Origin: Histomonas meleagridis 2922-C6/04-290x
Taxonomy: Eukaryota; Protista; Parabasalia
DNA length: 64,000 nt
NCBI GenBank assembly: GCA_020184695.1
Contig: JAANOX010000275.1
Span: 124,001 to 188,000, forward strand
Direction: 5' to 3'
Shown here in pieces: positions 31,858-43,908 of the stretch (within the stretch, counting starts at the first letter, position 1; each line of letters begins with the position of its first letter). Under the pieces are notes generated by a model, which saw nothing but the letters and a program-made list of their open reading frames with translations, was not told the DNA's origin and did no database searches. The position numbers were made by a program, and so were the translations under genes.

Positions 31858-33072
31858 ATGTCACTAGAAAGTATTGTCTTTGGTACAAAGCATTTCACAG
31901 ATAATCAAAAACAAAAAGCACCAGAAGCACCAATTAAAAAGGCTCCAGCTTGGGTTGATCCAGACGATTTATCTTTAATTTCTAAACCAAACGAAGATTC
32001 TCTTCAAGAAAAATATTTAAAAACAGTTCAACATGCAGATGTTTCTTGGTCCACAAAAGAATCAAATCCAAAAGAAGTTGTTGATGCGGTTGATTTGTTC
32101 TCTGAATCTCCAGATCGGATTCCATCAGATAATCTTTTAATTGAAAGAGTTGCAGATTTATATACACCATCTACTCGTTCTTCTGTTTTAGGATTAGTCT
32201 TTAACCCATGCGAACCACTTGCAGCATTATTAGATTCCAGAGGTATAGTTCATGTTATTTCCGTCAATGGCAAAAATAATAAAGTTCAATATTCTATACC
32301 ATTTCCAAAACAAGCACAACGTCATTGCCTTTGTTATTCATCTGGCGGTGAATTAATCTTTGTAGGTTGTTCAAAAGGAACTTTTCATACAATAGATTGT
32401 CGAACTCAAACATCATTACTTACAAAGATCCCTAGCTCACAAGAAAACATCACAGCAGCATATTGTTCTCCAAACAACAAACTCCTTGTTCTCATTGCAC
32501 AAAACAGAGTTCACTTCATTGAAACTTCGAACAGAATTCTGTTGAAAACCGTTCCAACCTCCGATGAACTTCACTGCGGAACCTTTGATGACACTGGAGA
32601 CTTCTTTATTGCAGCCGGACAGAGTGGTCATGGCATTATCTTTGACTGTGCAACCTTCACTGCTATAAACAGATTTCAAGAACCTGAAATGCAATTTATT
32701 CATGCAATTGCATTTTCACATAACAGAGTTGCAATCGGTACAGATGCAGGAGTTCTTCATGTCTTTGACTTCCAGAGCTTAAAGGAAAGACATCCAAGGC
32801 CTTTGTTCACAAAGTTGAACTTATCGACAAAAGTCGATACAGTCAAGTTCAATCCAACAGGCGAATTGATTGTATTTGCTTCGTCAGCAAAGAACAATTC
32901 ATTAAGGATATTACATTTGGCATCACAGAAAGTATTTTCTAATTGGCCAACGCAAAAAGCACCACTTTCAGAAGTAAAAGATGCGGCGTTTGATGCAACA
33001 GGGCAATATCTGGCAATTGGAAATGAAAAAGGAAAGGCAACAATGTGGGAATTATCGTTTTATAAAAAATAA
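31858..33072 (+). CDS. UTP18: U3 snoRNP WD40 protein UTP18-like
   Basis: PAWVDPDD N-terminal motif; C-terminal KLNLSTKVDTVKFNPTGELIVFASSAKNNSLRILHL..VFSNWP and LAIGNEKGK. Confidence 0.8.
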   Translation: MSLESIVFGTKHFTDNQKQKAPEAPIKKAPAWVDPDDLSLISKPNEDSLQEKYLKTVQHADVSWSTKESNPKEVVDAVDLFSESPDRIPSDNLLIERVADLYTPSTRSSVLGLVFNPCEPLAALLDSRGIVHVISVNGKNNKVQYSIPFPKQAQRHCLCYSSGGELIFVGCSKGTFHTIDCRTQTSLLTKIPSSQENITAAYCSPNNKLLVLIAQNRVHFIETSNRILLKTVPTSDELHCGTFDDTGDFFIAAGQSGHGIIFDCATFTAINRFQEPEMQFIHAIAFSHNRVAIGTDAGVLHVFDFQSLKERHPRPLFTKLNLSTKVDTVKFNPTGELIVFASSAKNNSLRILHLASQKVFSNWPTQKAPLSEVKDAAFDATGQYLAIGNEKGKATMWELSFYKK

Positions 33073-33659
33073 ACATATTATCAATCATTACTCAATTTTT
33101 ATATTATAATTGGAGTAATATTTCGTTATCAATTTTTTTTATTGAGTATTTTAATATTTACAAAGATCTTCGTATAATGTAATGCATTGGAGATTGAAGA
33201 ATTTATCGTTTTATGTGATATAACATAATATTTATATATCAATTTGATATAAAGGATTCCCTCATATTAAACATTGTTAGATCTGTTTTTCATATTAAAC
33301 TTTTGTTTAAATTCAACCATTATTAATGTTTTGAAAACATCAAATAAAGATGATTCTAAAAAAGATTGAGACACTCTAGTCTTGAAAATAGAAATATATG
33401 CATCAAAGCTTCACAATTGATACGTCTCCATCATTCAATGAAATATTGCAAACTTGGTTGCATGTTTCCCCAGAGCTCTTCTGTTCATCACAAATATTAT
33501 CAGTACTAACCAAATGAAAAAACCTTGCATTATACATATAAAAATCCAGTACATTCACTCAGTGAATTAATAATTTTTTGTATTTACTAGTGTAATTAGA
33601 TTTGAGATTTTTTTTTTCTGATTGCGGCTTTTGTCCGTTAACAATTTGTGTCATTTTCG

Positions 33660-34184
33660 ATGAAGAGAACTAGCACTGGAACACCTAAATCATATGTAAA
33701 GTCATCACGTCGTACAGGACGGCAGCCACGTTTTGAACTTACAGAAGATCAAATGCTTGAAATTCAAGAGGCTTTTGATATATTTGACTCTGATAAAAGT
33801 GGTACAATTGATCGACATGAACTAAGGGTTGCCATGCGCGCCATGGGTTTTGACGTTTCAAAAAATGAAATTCTAGAAATTATGGAAGCAAAAGATCCAG
33901 ATAACACAGGAACGATCAATTTTGCTGCTTTTCAAGATGTTGTTGGTGAAAAAATTGCACAGAGGGATCCGCTAGAGGAAATACGGAAAGCTTTTGTACT
34001 TTTTGATGACGATCATACTGGAAAAATTAGCTTGAAAAATCTTCGTCGTGTTGCTCGAGAACTTGGCGAATCAATGACAGATGATGAGCTTCAAGCAATG
34101 ATTGATGAATTTGATACTGATCACGATGGTCAAATCAGTGAAGCAGAATTTATCGCAATTATGGATCCATCTCAATCATTTTGA
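33660..34184 (+). CDS. Centrin (caltractin)
   Basis: [67 protein letters not shown]; Inr TCATTT at 33651. Confidence 0.93.
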   Translation: MKRTSTGTPKSYVKSSRRTGRQPRFELTEDQMLEIQEAFDIFDSDKSGTIDRHELRVAMRAMGFDVSKNEILEIMEAKDPDNTGTINFAAFQDVVGEKIAQRDPLEEIRKAFVLFDDDHTGKISLKNLRRVARELGESMTDDELQAMIDEFDTDHDGQISEAEFIAIMDPSQSF

Positions 34185-34297
34185 TATATAATTAGTAAAG
34201 GAAAAAATATATTTCATATAAGTAGTCATATTGAGCGTTTTCATGAAAAGTTTTACAAAAAAGCGTAAAAAAAGATAACTCGTTACCGGATTTTTTA

Positions 34298-35740
34298 ATG
34301 AAAGGAAATCGATCTACAAAGACACCAAAAAGAAAAACCGAGTCTGTATCAACTTCTTCTGATTCCAGTTATGATCAGGATTCTACTAGTAATTCATCAT
34401 CAGAGAATCATGATAATTCAAATCAACATAATACAGTGAATTCAAATTCTCACAAAGAAATCGCATCCACCTCCACTAAAAAGCCAGGCCCACAAACAAC
34501 CAAGTCATCTAAAATAAAAAAATCCAAACCTCATAACAAATCATCTGAATCTTCATCCAATAAATCACATCCAAACCACAAAAAACATTCCAAAACCCAT
34601 CGGTCTAAGCCAGAAAACATTTCCAATGAATCAACTAATCATCAAAATCATCAATCCAAACCAGAGCCTAATAATCAAAACCAATCCAACGCATCCAATA
34701 ATCAGCAAACCGAGCACCCACAAGTACCACCTACTTCTCCACCAAATGAAGAAAGCTCTTCTCGTAAAGTCGATCGTTATGGCTGGTACATTAAGCCCAA
34801 AGCTGTCTCCAAATATGATCAGAAACTTACCACTGCCGAAAGCGCCAAAGAAATGTCACGTTCACTGAAATGGAAAAACATGTTAGACCATTGGGATCAA
34901 TGGATGCCCAAACGATATAGTAAAGTTGCATCTCGTCTTCGTAAGGGCATTCCCGATTGCATTCGTTCTCAAGCTTGGATGAAGATTCTTCATTCTGATT
35001 TAATTCGTTCACAATTTACCACCCCAATGGACGAATTATTGCAGCGCCCACCACACGTAACATATTCCACGATTGATGACGATCTTAATCGTACATTTCC
35101 GCAAGTTGGATATTTTTCTCATAATAATTTTATTGAATCACTTCGACGTGTTCTTCGTTGCTATAGTCAAATCGACACTGAATTAGGCTATACGCAAGGT
35201 ATGAATTTTATTGCTGGAATGTTTTTGAGTTACATGGATGAAGAAAATGCGTTTTATTGTTTTGCAAGTGTTTTTCAAAGCCCAAAGATTTATCATCGCG
35301 GATATGTAATTGATCAATTTCCACGACTAATAGCTGCGAATAATATGTTAACGAAGTTAATGAAAAAGAAATGTCCGAAAGCTTTAAGGAATATCGAAAA
35401 AGAAGGAATCGAAATTAAAATGTTTTCGACAAGATGGTTCATAACTGCGTTTCAAGCTTATAATTGGGAAGCCGAATTTCAAATGAGAATATTCGAACGA
35501 TTTTTGTTTTATGGAACAAGAGGACTTCTTTCGTTTGCGTTGTTAATCGTTTTGATTCATCAAGATATTATTGAAAAAAGTCCAATCGAAATAATATTGA
35601 AGTACTTGCAGCACCCTGACGAATCAGAGAGAATGGTGAATTGGCATAAAATATTGGAAAAATGGGACGACAGTTTGCTATCAAGGAAAAATTATATAAA
35701 TTTGGTAAAATCTGTCGGTGAAAATCCGGAGCCTTTGTGA
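34298..35740 (+). CDS. TBC-domain Rab GTPase-activating protein
   Basis: LRKGIPDCIRSQAW, IDDDLNRTF (Arg finger), GYTQGMNFIA (Gln finger); Ser/Asn/His-rich disordered N-terminus. Confidence 0.92.
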   Translation: MKGNRSTKTPKRKTESVSTSSDSSYDQDSTSNSSSENHDNSNQHNTVNSNSHKEIASTSTKKPGPQTTKSSKIKKSKPHNKSSESSSNKSHPNHKKHSKTHRSKPENISNESTNHQNHQSKPEPNNQNQSNASNNQQTEHPQVPPTSPPNEESSSRKVDRYGWYIKPKAVSKYDQKLTTAESAKEMSRSLKWKNMLDHWDQWMPKRYSKVASRLRKGIPDCIRSQAWMKILHSDLIRSQFTTPMDELLQRPPHVTYSTIDDDLNRTFPQVGYFSHNNFIESLRRVLRCYSQIDTELGYTQGMNFIAGMFLSYMDEENAFYCFASVFQSPKIYHRGYVIDQFPRLIAANNMLTKLMKKKCPKALRNIEKEGIEIKMFSTRWFITAFQAYNWEAEFQMRIFERFLFYGTRGLLSFALLIVLIHQDIIEKSPIEIILKYLQHPDESERMVNWHKILEKWDDSLLSRKNYINLVKSVGENPEPL

Positions 35741-36141
35741 TTAAAAACAGGATTCTTTGTTTTGTTTTTTTATAAAGGAGTTGAGGGTGAGCAATCAAAT
35801 TATAAAAATGAAAAATTTAAATTAAAATAAATTAATACACATACCCTTATTTATCAAAATTTAATTTCAATATAATAATGATGATATGATTATATATTAC
35901 AGGGAAATGAAGGGAGTTGAAACAATTTACAATCAATCAAAAATCAATGAAAATTATAAATTCCAGAAATACGAAAAAACATTTTTTCATGGAAAGACTA
36001 AGTATAATTTAGTTTTTTATTATATTTTATAATTTCGATACCAGAAAAAATCATAAAATGGAATAATAGTTAGGCAACCCAAAATGTGATTCTCAACATG
36101 ACCAAAATTGTTTCGAAGGGATGCAAGGAATATCGAGCTTC

Positions 36142-36200
36142 TGGATCAACTTGAAAAGTTTTTAGAAAACACATCACATACCTTCTAAAAAGTTGATCCA
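36142..36200. repeat. Imperfect inverted repeat in a 1.3-kb intergenic region
   Basis: tggatcaac[ttgaaaag]tttttagaa ... ttctaaaaagttgatcca: two 9-bp complementary blocks with an 8-nt insertion in the left arm. Confidence 0.4.
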
Positions 36201-37026
36201 AAAATAACCACAAATCGAAATGAAATTTCTTATAAATCTGATTACTATCAAAGCAATTATAGATTTATATATCCTGAATAAAAAAATCGTACAGAGGGAA
36301 ATCTTGGAATATTTCATTTAATGAAAATGTAATCATAAAAAAAAATTTTTTGACTCAGAGAAATATATAGACTATTTGTTGAAATTTAATTTCAATATGC
36401 TAATGAAAAAATGATCTTTATACATATGCATAATGTAATTTAGCAAAATTTCACATAATAATTGTGAAAATATTTCATTTAAATTTTGATTTTCCATATA
36501 TGGGAAAAAGATTAATTCGTTTAAAAAAATTAAGAAGTTAAGTTATTTCACATTGTCTGTCTCTTTTTAACGACAATAAACGACCTTTCGTCGATTAAAA
36601 AGCACACAAAGACGATCGAAAAAATTCGATAATTTCAATTTTTCTTATACCCGGACGGTTGCTTCACCAAACCCCCTTTTTACACCCTATCGTAAAATAA
36701 GGTACTGAAAAGTCAATCTTATAAGTTCGCTCAATGTCATCATTAATTATAGTAACCAGCTCACGATTTGTTATAACTTCGAAGAATAATGTCCCCTTGT
36801 CATTCAAAATATGTTGCATGCATATGCTAGTTATTAAAAACCAGGAAAGACAAATCAATGAAATTGTGCATTACAACTGTAAATAATCGATACGTTCAAA
36901 AAGTCGTTTTTAAAAATTCAAATTTTTTTTCTGTACACGTTCATAGGCCGTTAAAACGAAACGTTGCCCTTAAAAATTAACCATCATCACTTTTTGAATT
37001 ATCTTTATTAACAGAAAAGTTTTAAA

Positions 37027-40000
37027 ATGACCTCCTGGAAAAATAAAGAAGGAATTGCTGTTATAACCCATACATATATTGAAAGAGGACCACATCAAAT
37101 AACTGTCCTTGTTGGCGATCATTTTCATGTTGTTGAAGGAACAAATGGTTGGCTTCGTGGGCGAAATTTATATACCAATCAAATAGGAATTTTTCCAGAA
37201 GTATGTTGTGATTTCTATGAATGTGCCAATTTTAAAGATATGCGGATATCATTACTTTCCAAACCTGACGATATTTTATTTTTAGAATCATCACTTACAG
37301 TCAAATATGCGTTAAATGTTTTTCTTAGCTCACCACCTCAAACTGCCATTCAAATTAGCGACCGTATTATTGATGTTGTTAAACAAACTGAATTATGTCA
37401 AAAACATGCAGGATCTCATACGTTAGCATCACATGATACTTTATCATCGAATGTTGATAACCTTCGACAAGCTCTTCAATTACCCCGTAGTTCACGTTCA
37501 TTTTTCTCATCGTTAACAACATTATCAACATGGGGCCGAGATGTATTTGATTTATCAGTCCAAGCGAACACTGCGACCACCAACAAAAACAGTTCCATTG
37601 TTATTCACATCAAGATTAATGCCAAAATGCTTAAGATTCCAGTTGTCTGTCGCTTTATATTATATAATCCTAAGAAGGAAACGTTTATCAGTTCGTCAGT
37701 TTCTGTTTTTTTATCACCATCTTATTCCATCTGTGATTTATTATTTGAGCAACTTGACAAACGAGATTTAAGTAACAAAATTTTCCTCTGTATTTATACA
37801 TATGAATTATTATCACATTTAGAGAATGTATCAGATGAACGTAAGTTTTTATCATTTGCATTTATGGAGATAGAACCGATTCAAGAAGAAAACATTGGTA
37901 AAAGTACAACAACAGAAATCCAATCTATGAATTCCAAAGGTGTTTACAGACATATTTTACATAAGATAATGACACAAGATACAATACCACCACAAATCGA
38001 GAAAACTATTACAAGATCGATACCATATTTCCAAGTTGTTGTTACACCACATTTTGGGTTAACATCTGATATTATTAATAGTCAAAACTTAGAGATATAT
38101 AATATTGTACCACCATTAACATTACCGACATCAATATCACTTAAAGAAAAGCGGTCAATATTAAATATAAATTTAAGTAATTTAATGTTAAAAGTTCGAC
38201 ATTCAAAAACACGATTTATATTACGTTTAGTCGATACAACATCAATGACATTTGTTCAAGGGTTTGAAAGTATTATGAAGATGTCATATGATAGTATTAT
38301 ATGGTGTTCTCCTCTTTTTAATGGGAAGCATGATGAAAATGTATTTGAAACAACAGCAATTGATTTGACAGTAACTGATTCACCACTTGTTTCATTATTC
38401 TTATTAATACAAGTGGATAAAATTAGTTTTGCTGAAAGAGGTTTTACTCCATGTGCTTATGGAGTTTTACATATTACAAATGAAATAGGAAGTTTTACAT
38501 TAGAAACTAATTCATCAATTAAATTATATCCTTTTGTAGGTTCTAAAAACATTAAAGCGACAGATTTCAATTTGTTTCCACCTGAAAATGCTAAAACAGT
38601 TGGAACAATTGATTATAAATTATTTTATGCATCGACATTACAAACACAAGATGCGACATTATTTAAATTATTAAATTATAAGTTATATAAAACGGAATTA
38701 AAAGAAAACATATCAAATTTCATGTTTTGTGGAATGAGTGAATTAGCAAAGTTTTCACCCGAAATTACATTAGTTTTATGTGAAATCATATCAACAATAC
38801 CGAATTGTGCACATGATGCATTTAATGCATTAATCTCAATGTACACTGAATTATTATCTCGAGCAGGATCTGAATATTCGACAGCAATGGAAGAAATTAT
38901 TAATTCTAAATTCGACACAAAAGAGAATTGTGAATCCCTAAAAAATCTTGCCGAAATAATGTTACAATTAATTATCGAATCATTAGAAAAAGATCATTCA
39001 TCACAAGAATATCGGAATTTAATTCGTACATTACCATATTTATTAAACTTAGCAGGACATTCATATCAATTAAATCCGAAAGTAGAAACAGTTGTAAAAA
39101 TTAAAGAAATATTTGATCAATTATGTATTATAATATCAGAAAATAATTCGACAGATAAAGTTAAAAATTCTTATACAACATTAAATCAAAAACTTTTATT
39201 ACAACATTTCTCAATGCTTGTTGATATGTTAATAATGTTTTTCACATCTAAAGAAGTTATTAATGTTGTTTGTAAATTTATTACATCGATTAATACACAA
39301 AATGAAACACTTATTGAAGATAAAATGAAATTATTATTAGTATTAAGTGGTAAAGGTTTATGGGAATCAGATAATGATAGTAAATTAAAGAACTTATATT
39401 CAAATGTAATTTTAGAATCATTAAAAAGTAAACAACATATTGATTATGTATTCCAAACTTTAACGTCGATATTATTTTCGACAAATTCTGATACTATTAA
39501 ATCATCTATACCAGAATTATTAGAAATTGATGATTTAATTGTTAGTGATTTAATATTAGCTATAGCTTATTATCATCCAAAATCATTTTCATTAAAACAT
39601 TTAACACAATTATATAAAAGAGAAGATATTACATCAATCCAAAAATTATTTGTATGTTTAATTATTATAAAAGAAAATTCAAATTCAATTGCAAATGATT
39701 TATTAAATGAACCAAATCACAAAAAATATAATTTGTTTTTAAATATATTACGTTTAGTTGAGAAATGTAAAGTTACAATAGTTTCACCTTTAGATGATCA
39801 AATTTATTCATATATTTATTCGATTAATTTAGATTTTTCTATTCTATTAAATTTATATCAAAAATTACCAATAAAATACCGATTAAATTATAAAATGATA
39901 TATCCAATTCTTAAGACTTATTTAATATTTAATTCTAATTCTTTAATTGATTGGTATTATTCAATCCTTAGTGATGATTTTGCTTCTAATAAAAATACAA

Positions 40001-41466
40001 TTGAAACTCAAAGAATTACTTTAGATGCATTATGGAGAATATCAAAAATATCAAATTTCGAAATATTATCCAATAAATTTTCGGAAAAAACTTCAACAGG
40101 TATCGAAAATAAAGCACCAGATAATCCTAAAATTGTTGAACATTTATCAACAATACGAAAACTTGAAATGAGTGTATTAAATCAAGATGAAATTAATGAA
40201 TCATTAATATATTTATTAAACATTTCTACCAAATATAACAATGAACAAAAACAAATGAAAATTCTTATGAAAATTATCACATTAAATAAAACATGTAATA
40301 ATGAATTAGAATTAGCAGTCTCATTACAAAACGTATTAAAACTTATACCTTGTAATAATAATCGTATTAAGAAATTCCTTCATTATGATGCAAATTGTGG
40401 ACGTGAATTACATTCACAAATATTATTTGATATTGTTGAACTTTATATAAAAAATGATTTCGATGAATATGCATTACCTTTATTACAACAAATCATTGAT
40501 ACATGTATTAAACCTTTTCAACATATAGAGTTATATATACGAGTAAAACAATTACAATCTAAAATCCATAAAAGATTTGTAACTGTTAAAAAAGAATTTT
40601 CACATTATTTCCTTTGCGCATTTTATGGTAATTTATTTCCTTCAGCATTTCGTAATCGTAAATTTATATATCGAAAAGATAAAATGGCGACAATTGGTAA
40701 TGTAATTTATGATTTCCAAAAGAAGTTTACTGAAGCTACAATTAAACAAACACAACCAACACCCGAAGAATTACAAGATCCAAACTTAATGTATATTCAT
40801 GTATCATATGTTTATGTAGCGTTAGAAGAAGAAATTAATGATATTTATTATCATATCAATGAAAACCAACCAAAATATATCATCGAAAAAATCGAAAATG
40901 AAGAATCAATAATATTTCGACGAGAAGAAAATATTACAAATGAACCGAAGCCAGGTTTAAATAGTTATACATCAATTGAAGCTAAACAATATTTCTTTAA
41001 AATCAAAAAACCATTTCCAACAATGGAACGTCGTCAAGAAATTATATATGAAACTAAACCTAAAGAAATTAAATGTGTCGAATGTGCTTCATTAAATATC
41101 GCAAGGAAAAATCATCAATTATTATCTGCTAAAAATTGGGTCCAAAATGAATATAAGAAAAATGGTGTTAAACCTGATAAAGTCGTCATTCAACAGATAC
41201 AAGAAAATATTTCAAAGATAATTACAACGGGAACTATGGTGAAGAATTATTGTGCTGCTTTCTTTAATGATACATTCGCAAAGGAATATTCGGATCAATT
41301 AAAGAAAGTCCAAAAGTTACGAAATTTGTTGATGGAACATTACCGAATTTTGAGGGATAGCGATAACTTCTTAATGGAAACAACTGACAGTGAGAAGACA
41401 ACAACAAAAGAAACTTTGCTCCAAGTGAAAGAAGAGCTGTCAAAGTATATGGATTTGCCGGATTAA
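37027..41466 (+). CDS. DOCK-family Rho GEF (SH3, C2/DHR-1, DHR-2)
   Basis: SH3-like N-terminus (VGDHFHVVEGTNGWLRG..GIFP), C2-like region (FTPCAYGVL), DHR-2 motif FYGNLFPSAFRNRKFIYR. Confidence 0.8.
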   Translation: MTSWKNKEGIAVITHTYIERGPHQITVLVGDHFHVVEGTNGWLRGRNLYTNQIGIFPEVCCDFYECANFKDMRISLLSKPDDILFLESSLTVKYALNVFLSSPPQTAIQISDRIIDVVKQTELCQKHAGSHTLASHDTLSSNVDNLRQALQLPRSSRSFFSSLTTLSTWGRDVFDLSVQANTATTNKNSSIVIHIKINAKMLKIPVVCRFILYNPKKETFISSSVSVFLSPSYSICDLLFEQLDKRDLSNKIFLCIYTYELLSHLENVSDERKFLSFAFMEIEPIQEENIGKSTTTEIQSMNSKGVYRHILHKIMTQDTIPPQIEKTITRSIPYFQVVVTPHFGLTSDIINSQNLEIYNIVPPLTLPTSISLKEKRSILNINLSNLMLKVRHSKTRFILRLVDTTSMTFVQGFESIMKMSYDSIIWCSPLFNGKHDENVFETTAIDLTVTDSPLVSLFLLIQVDKISFAERGFTPCAYGVLHITNEIGSFTLETNSSIKLYPFVGSKNIKATDFNLFPPENAKTVGTIDYKLFYASTLQTQDATLFKLLNYKLYKTELKENISNFMFCGMSELAKFSPEITLVLCEIISTIPNCAHDAFNALISMYTELLSRAGSEYSTAMEEIINSKFDTKENCESLKNLAEIMLQLIIESLEKDHSSQEYRNLIRTLPYLLNLAGHSYQLNPKVETVVKIKEIFDQLCIIISENNSTDKVKNSYTTLNQKLLLQHFSMLVDMLIMFFTSKEVINVVCKFITSINTQNETLIEDKMKLLLVLSGKGLWESDNDSKLKNLYSNVILESLKSKQHIDYVFQTLTSILFSTNSDTIKSSIPELLEIDDLIVSDLILAIAYYHPKSFSLKHLTQLYKREDITSIQKLFVCLIIIKENSNSIANDLLNEPNHKKYNLFLNILRLVEKCKVTIVSPLDDQIYSYIYSINLDFSILLNLYQKLPIKYRLNYKMIYPILKTYLIFNSNSLIDWYYSILSDDFASNKNTIETQRITLDALWRISKISNFEILSNKFSEKTSTGIENKAPDNPKIVEHLSTIRKLEMSVLNQDEINESLIYLLNISTKYNNEQKQMKILMKIITLNKTCNNELELAVSLQNVLKLIPCNNNRIKKFLHYDANCGRELHSQILFDIVELYIKNDFDEYALPLLQQIIDTCIKPFQHIELYIRVKQLQSKIHKRFVTVKKEFSHYFLCAFYGNLFPSAFRNRKFIYRKDKMATIGNVIYDFQKKFTEATIKQTQPTPEELQDPNLMYIHVSYVYVALEEEINDIYYHINENQPKYIIEKIENEESIIFRREENITNEPKPGLNSYTSIEAKQYFFKIKKPFPTMERRQEIIYETKPKEIKCVECASLNIARKNHQLLSAKNWVQNEYKKNGVKPDKVVIQQIQENISKIITTGTMVKNYCAAFFNDTFAKEYSDQLKKVQKLRNLLMEHYRILRDSDNFLMETTDSEKTTTKETLLQVKEELSKYMDLPD

Positions 41467-41954
41467 TAAAACAAAATATATATTAAATCTTTTGGTGTAA
41501 ATTCTCATAATGAAATACATAAAATTAATTTGTAATTAGAAGCAAATTATAGTCATTCTACACATAATGTTTAATAATTATAAATTTATGACATAATACT
41601 GTTTCACTGATTCTTCTTTCATTATTGATCTCTTTGAAATAATTAATTTTTTATATAATTAATTAATATTGTGTGAAATTGGATTAATTAATTATATAAA
41701 TTGTACATATCGATCTAAGTTTTGATTTTTAAAAACATAAATTTACTTATTCAATTGAATATTGAGAAATCTTAAAAGAATTTTATGTTGATGAATTGAA
41801 ATCAAAAAAATCATTAAATTTTATGTAACTTAACATTGGCGCCAAAAGGTCACTTTTGCAAATAATCATAACGTACTTAATTCAATAAACGAACAAAGTT
41901 TTCTCAAATTTGTGATTGCAATCAAAAGTGACAAAGGCAAAAAGCCATAAAACG

Positions 41955-43430
41955 ATGTTCTTTTGGAATCTTTCCCCTGCATTGAACACAATTAGCGAGC
42001 TGCTCAAAAAAGACGATGTTACCCTGACTGAAATCCTCGATGATAGTTCTCTTCCAACTGCTTTACGTAACTCTCTTCAAGAATTAATGGAGTATGTTCA
42101 AAGACCTCAAATCATTGATGAACTCTTTGAATGGGCTTTAACGAAAAAGTTTAAAGATTATCCAAAAGGACAAAAGTACTCTCGTTCTTCAGTGTCAATA
42201 TTTACAAATTGTTCACCAACAATGCAACAAAACTTCCTTCAAAATGAAAAATTTATAGAGAAGTTGAAGGAGTATACTACGAGTAATCAAACTGACTTGG
42301 AACCATTTATTGTCGGCAATTTCCAAAGAATAATTGAAACATATACAAGGCTAACAAATGGTACTTTTCTAGAAAAATTCCCAGAAATATTCGACTTCTT
42401 GATGAGAAATATCTCTTATCTAGGTGTTTTCGAGTTGTTCATTTATTTGGTCACTGAATCTCCATTTAGGAATACAATAAGTGAGGAATCCTGGAAACAG
42501 TATGTAGAATTGTCAAACTCAAGTTCTGGTTATTATATTATTTTCTCTATTCACCAAGCTATTGATAAATGTGATGATTTGAAACCAATCTTTCAAACCG
42601 ATGAAATACTAGAAATTTTATTGAAAACAGCTACAACTACAACCAACAAGCTTTTAGCTGCAGAAACATTTAATCTTATATATGCACTTTTCTCCCAAAA
42701 TCTTGATAACCCTAAGATTCATGAATATGCTTCAAGTTATAACTACCAGAACGATTGTTCTCTTTCATGCGCAATTCATGTTTTCCGTGATCTTAAACCA
42801 GAAGTAATTAATTTCATATTCACTTTCCCAATTAGCACTTTTGTTATCGAAGCGGTTGAAAGTGCTTTTCAATCCAAAACCGTCGAAGAGCAGTCAAATA
42901 TCATCAAAGAAAATGACCTTCTTCATAAACTTGTAGAGAACTCTCTGAAGCACAGATCAGAAGGACGTCTTGCTGACTTTGCAGAAACTATATCAAAGAT
43001 CGAAGGTATTCCAACGTCAGAAGAATGGGAAGCATTTTGTAAAAATGAACTTCAAGATTATATAACAAAAAGAGACTCAAGCTATGGAGGAAGCCTTCCA
43101 ACAGGAATTGATAACTTGTATGATGATGACGAAGATGAAGATCTTGAAGAATCAATGGACGGAAGTGATTCAGATGACATCCTTGATTCAAAAATCGACA
43201 TCCCCTCCTTTTCATCATCTGATAGTGATAGCCTTGATCATGATTATTCTGACGATGCAATCGATAACGAATTTGCACCAGTTCCTCCGTTAGAATTACC
43301 TAAGAAAGAAGAAGAATTGAGTGACCTCCCACCTCCGTTATCTTCTCCAAACACTATATCAACAGATGATACTCAAGCAGAATCTCCAACAAAAAAGATC
43401 GACGATGAAGATATCATTGATACAATATAA
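41955..43430 (+). CDS. SIT4/PP6 phosphatase-associated (SAPS) protein
   Basis: MFFWN...ISELLKKDDVTLTEILDD is the typical SAPS N-terminus; long acidic C-terminal tail. Confidence 0.75.
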   Translation: MFFWNLSPALNTISELLKKDDVTLTEILDDSSLPTALRNSLQELMEYVQRPQIIDELFEWALTKKFKDYPKGQKYSRSSVSIFTNCSPTMQQNFLQNEKFIEKLKEYTTSNQTDLEPFIVGNFQRIIETYTRLTNGTFLEKFPEIFDFLMRNISYLGVFELFIYLVTESPFRNTISEESWKQYVELSNSSSGYYIIFSIHQAIDKCDDLKPIFQTDEILEILLKTATTTTNKLLAAETFNLIYALFSQNLDNPKIHEYASSYNYQNDCSLSCAIHVFRDLKPEVINFIFTFPISTFVIEAVESAFQSKTVEEQSNIIKENDLLHKLVENSLKHRSEGRLADFAETISKIEGIPTSEEWEAFCKNELQDYITKRDSSYGGSLPTGIDNLYDDDEDEDLEESMDGSDSDDILDSKIDIPSFSSSDSDSLDHDYSDDAIDNEFAPVPPLELPKKEEELSDLPPPLSSPNTISTDDTQAESPTKKIDDEDIIDTI

Positions 43431-43908
43431 CTGAGCAATTCTTTCACTAAAGTTTGGTTAATTTCCTTCTGTATTGTTTTTAAAATAAATATGTGATGAG
43501 ATCATTATCCTTCCAATGAAATTCATTTAAATTTGCTTGTTTTGGAATGGTTACCTTGCAGTTTAATCAGAAGTACATTAATATGAAAATGTTAAATTAT
43601 CTGAAAAATATTAAATTAAAAATTTTTACATCTAAATGATATTCCTTTTAAACTTTTAATGGTTTTAAGGATAGTTAAAGAAAGTGAACCATAAATTATA
43701 GATTTGAGTCTCTCTGACATTAATGTGAATCAAAATCATAAAAACATAGAACAGAAATTAGAACATTCATCCAAAAACAAAAGTCAAATTCTTTAATGTA
43801 TATCATGAATGCAGCAAAAAAAAAGTTGAATGAAATTGCAATTTTAAATGATTTAATTATTTATACGTTTAGAAAATTCCTGAAGTATTTTGGACATATG
43901 TTTGTTCT

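Noticed and set aside
36664-36858. 64-aa ORF in the long intergenic region
   Set aside because: Non-ATG start, no recognisable motif; cannot be supported as a gene
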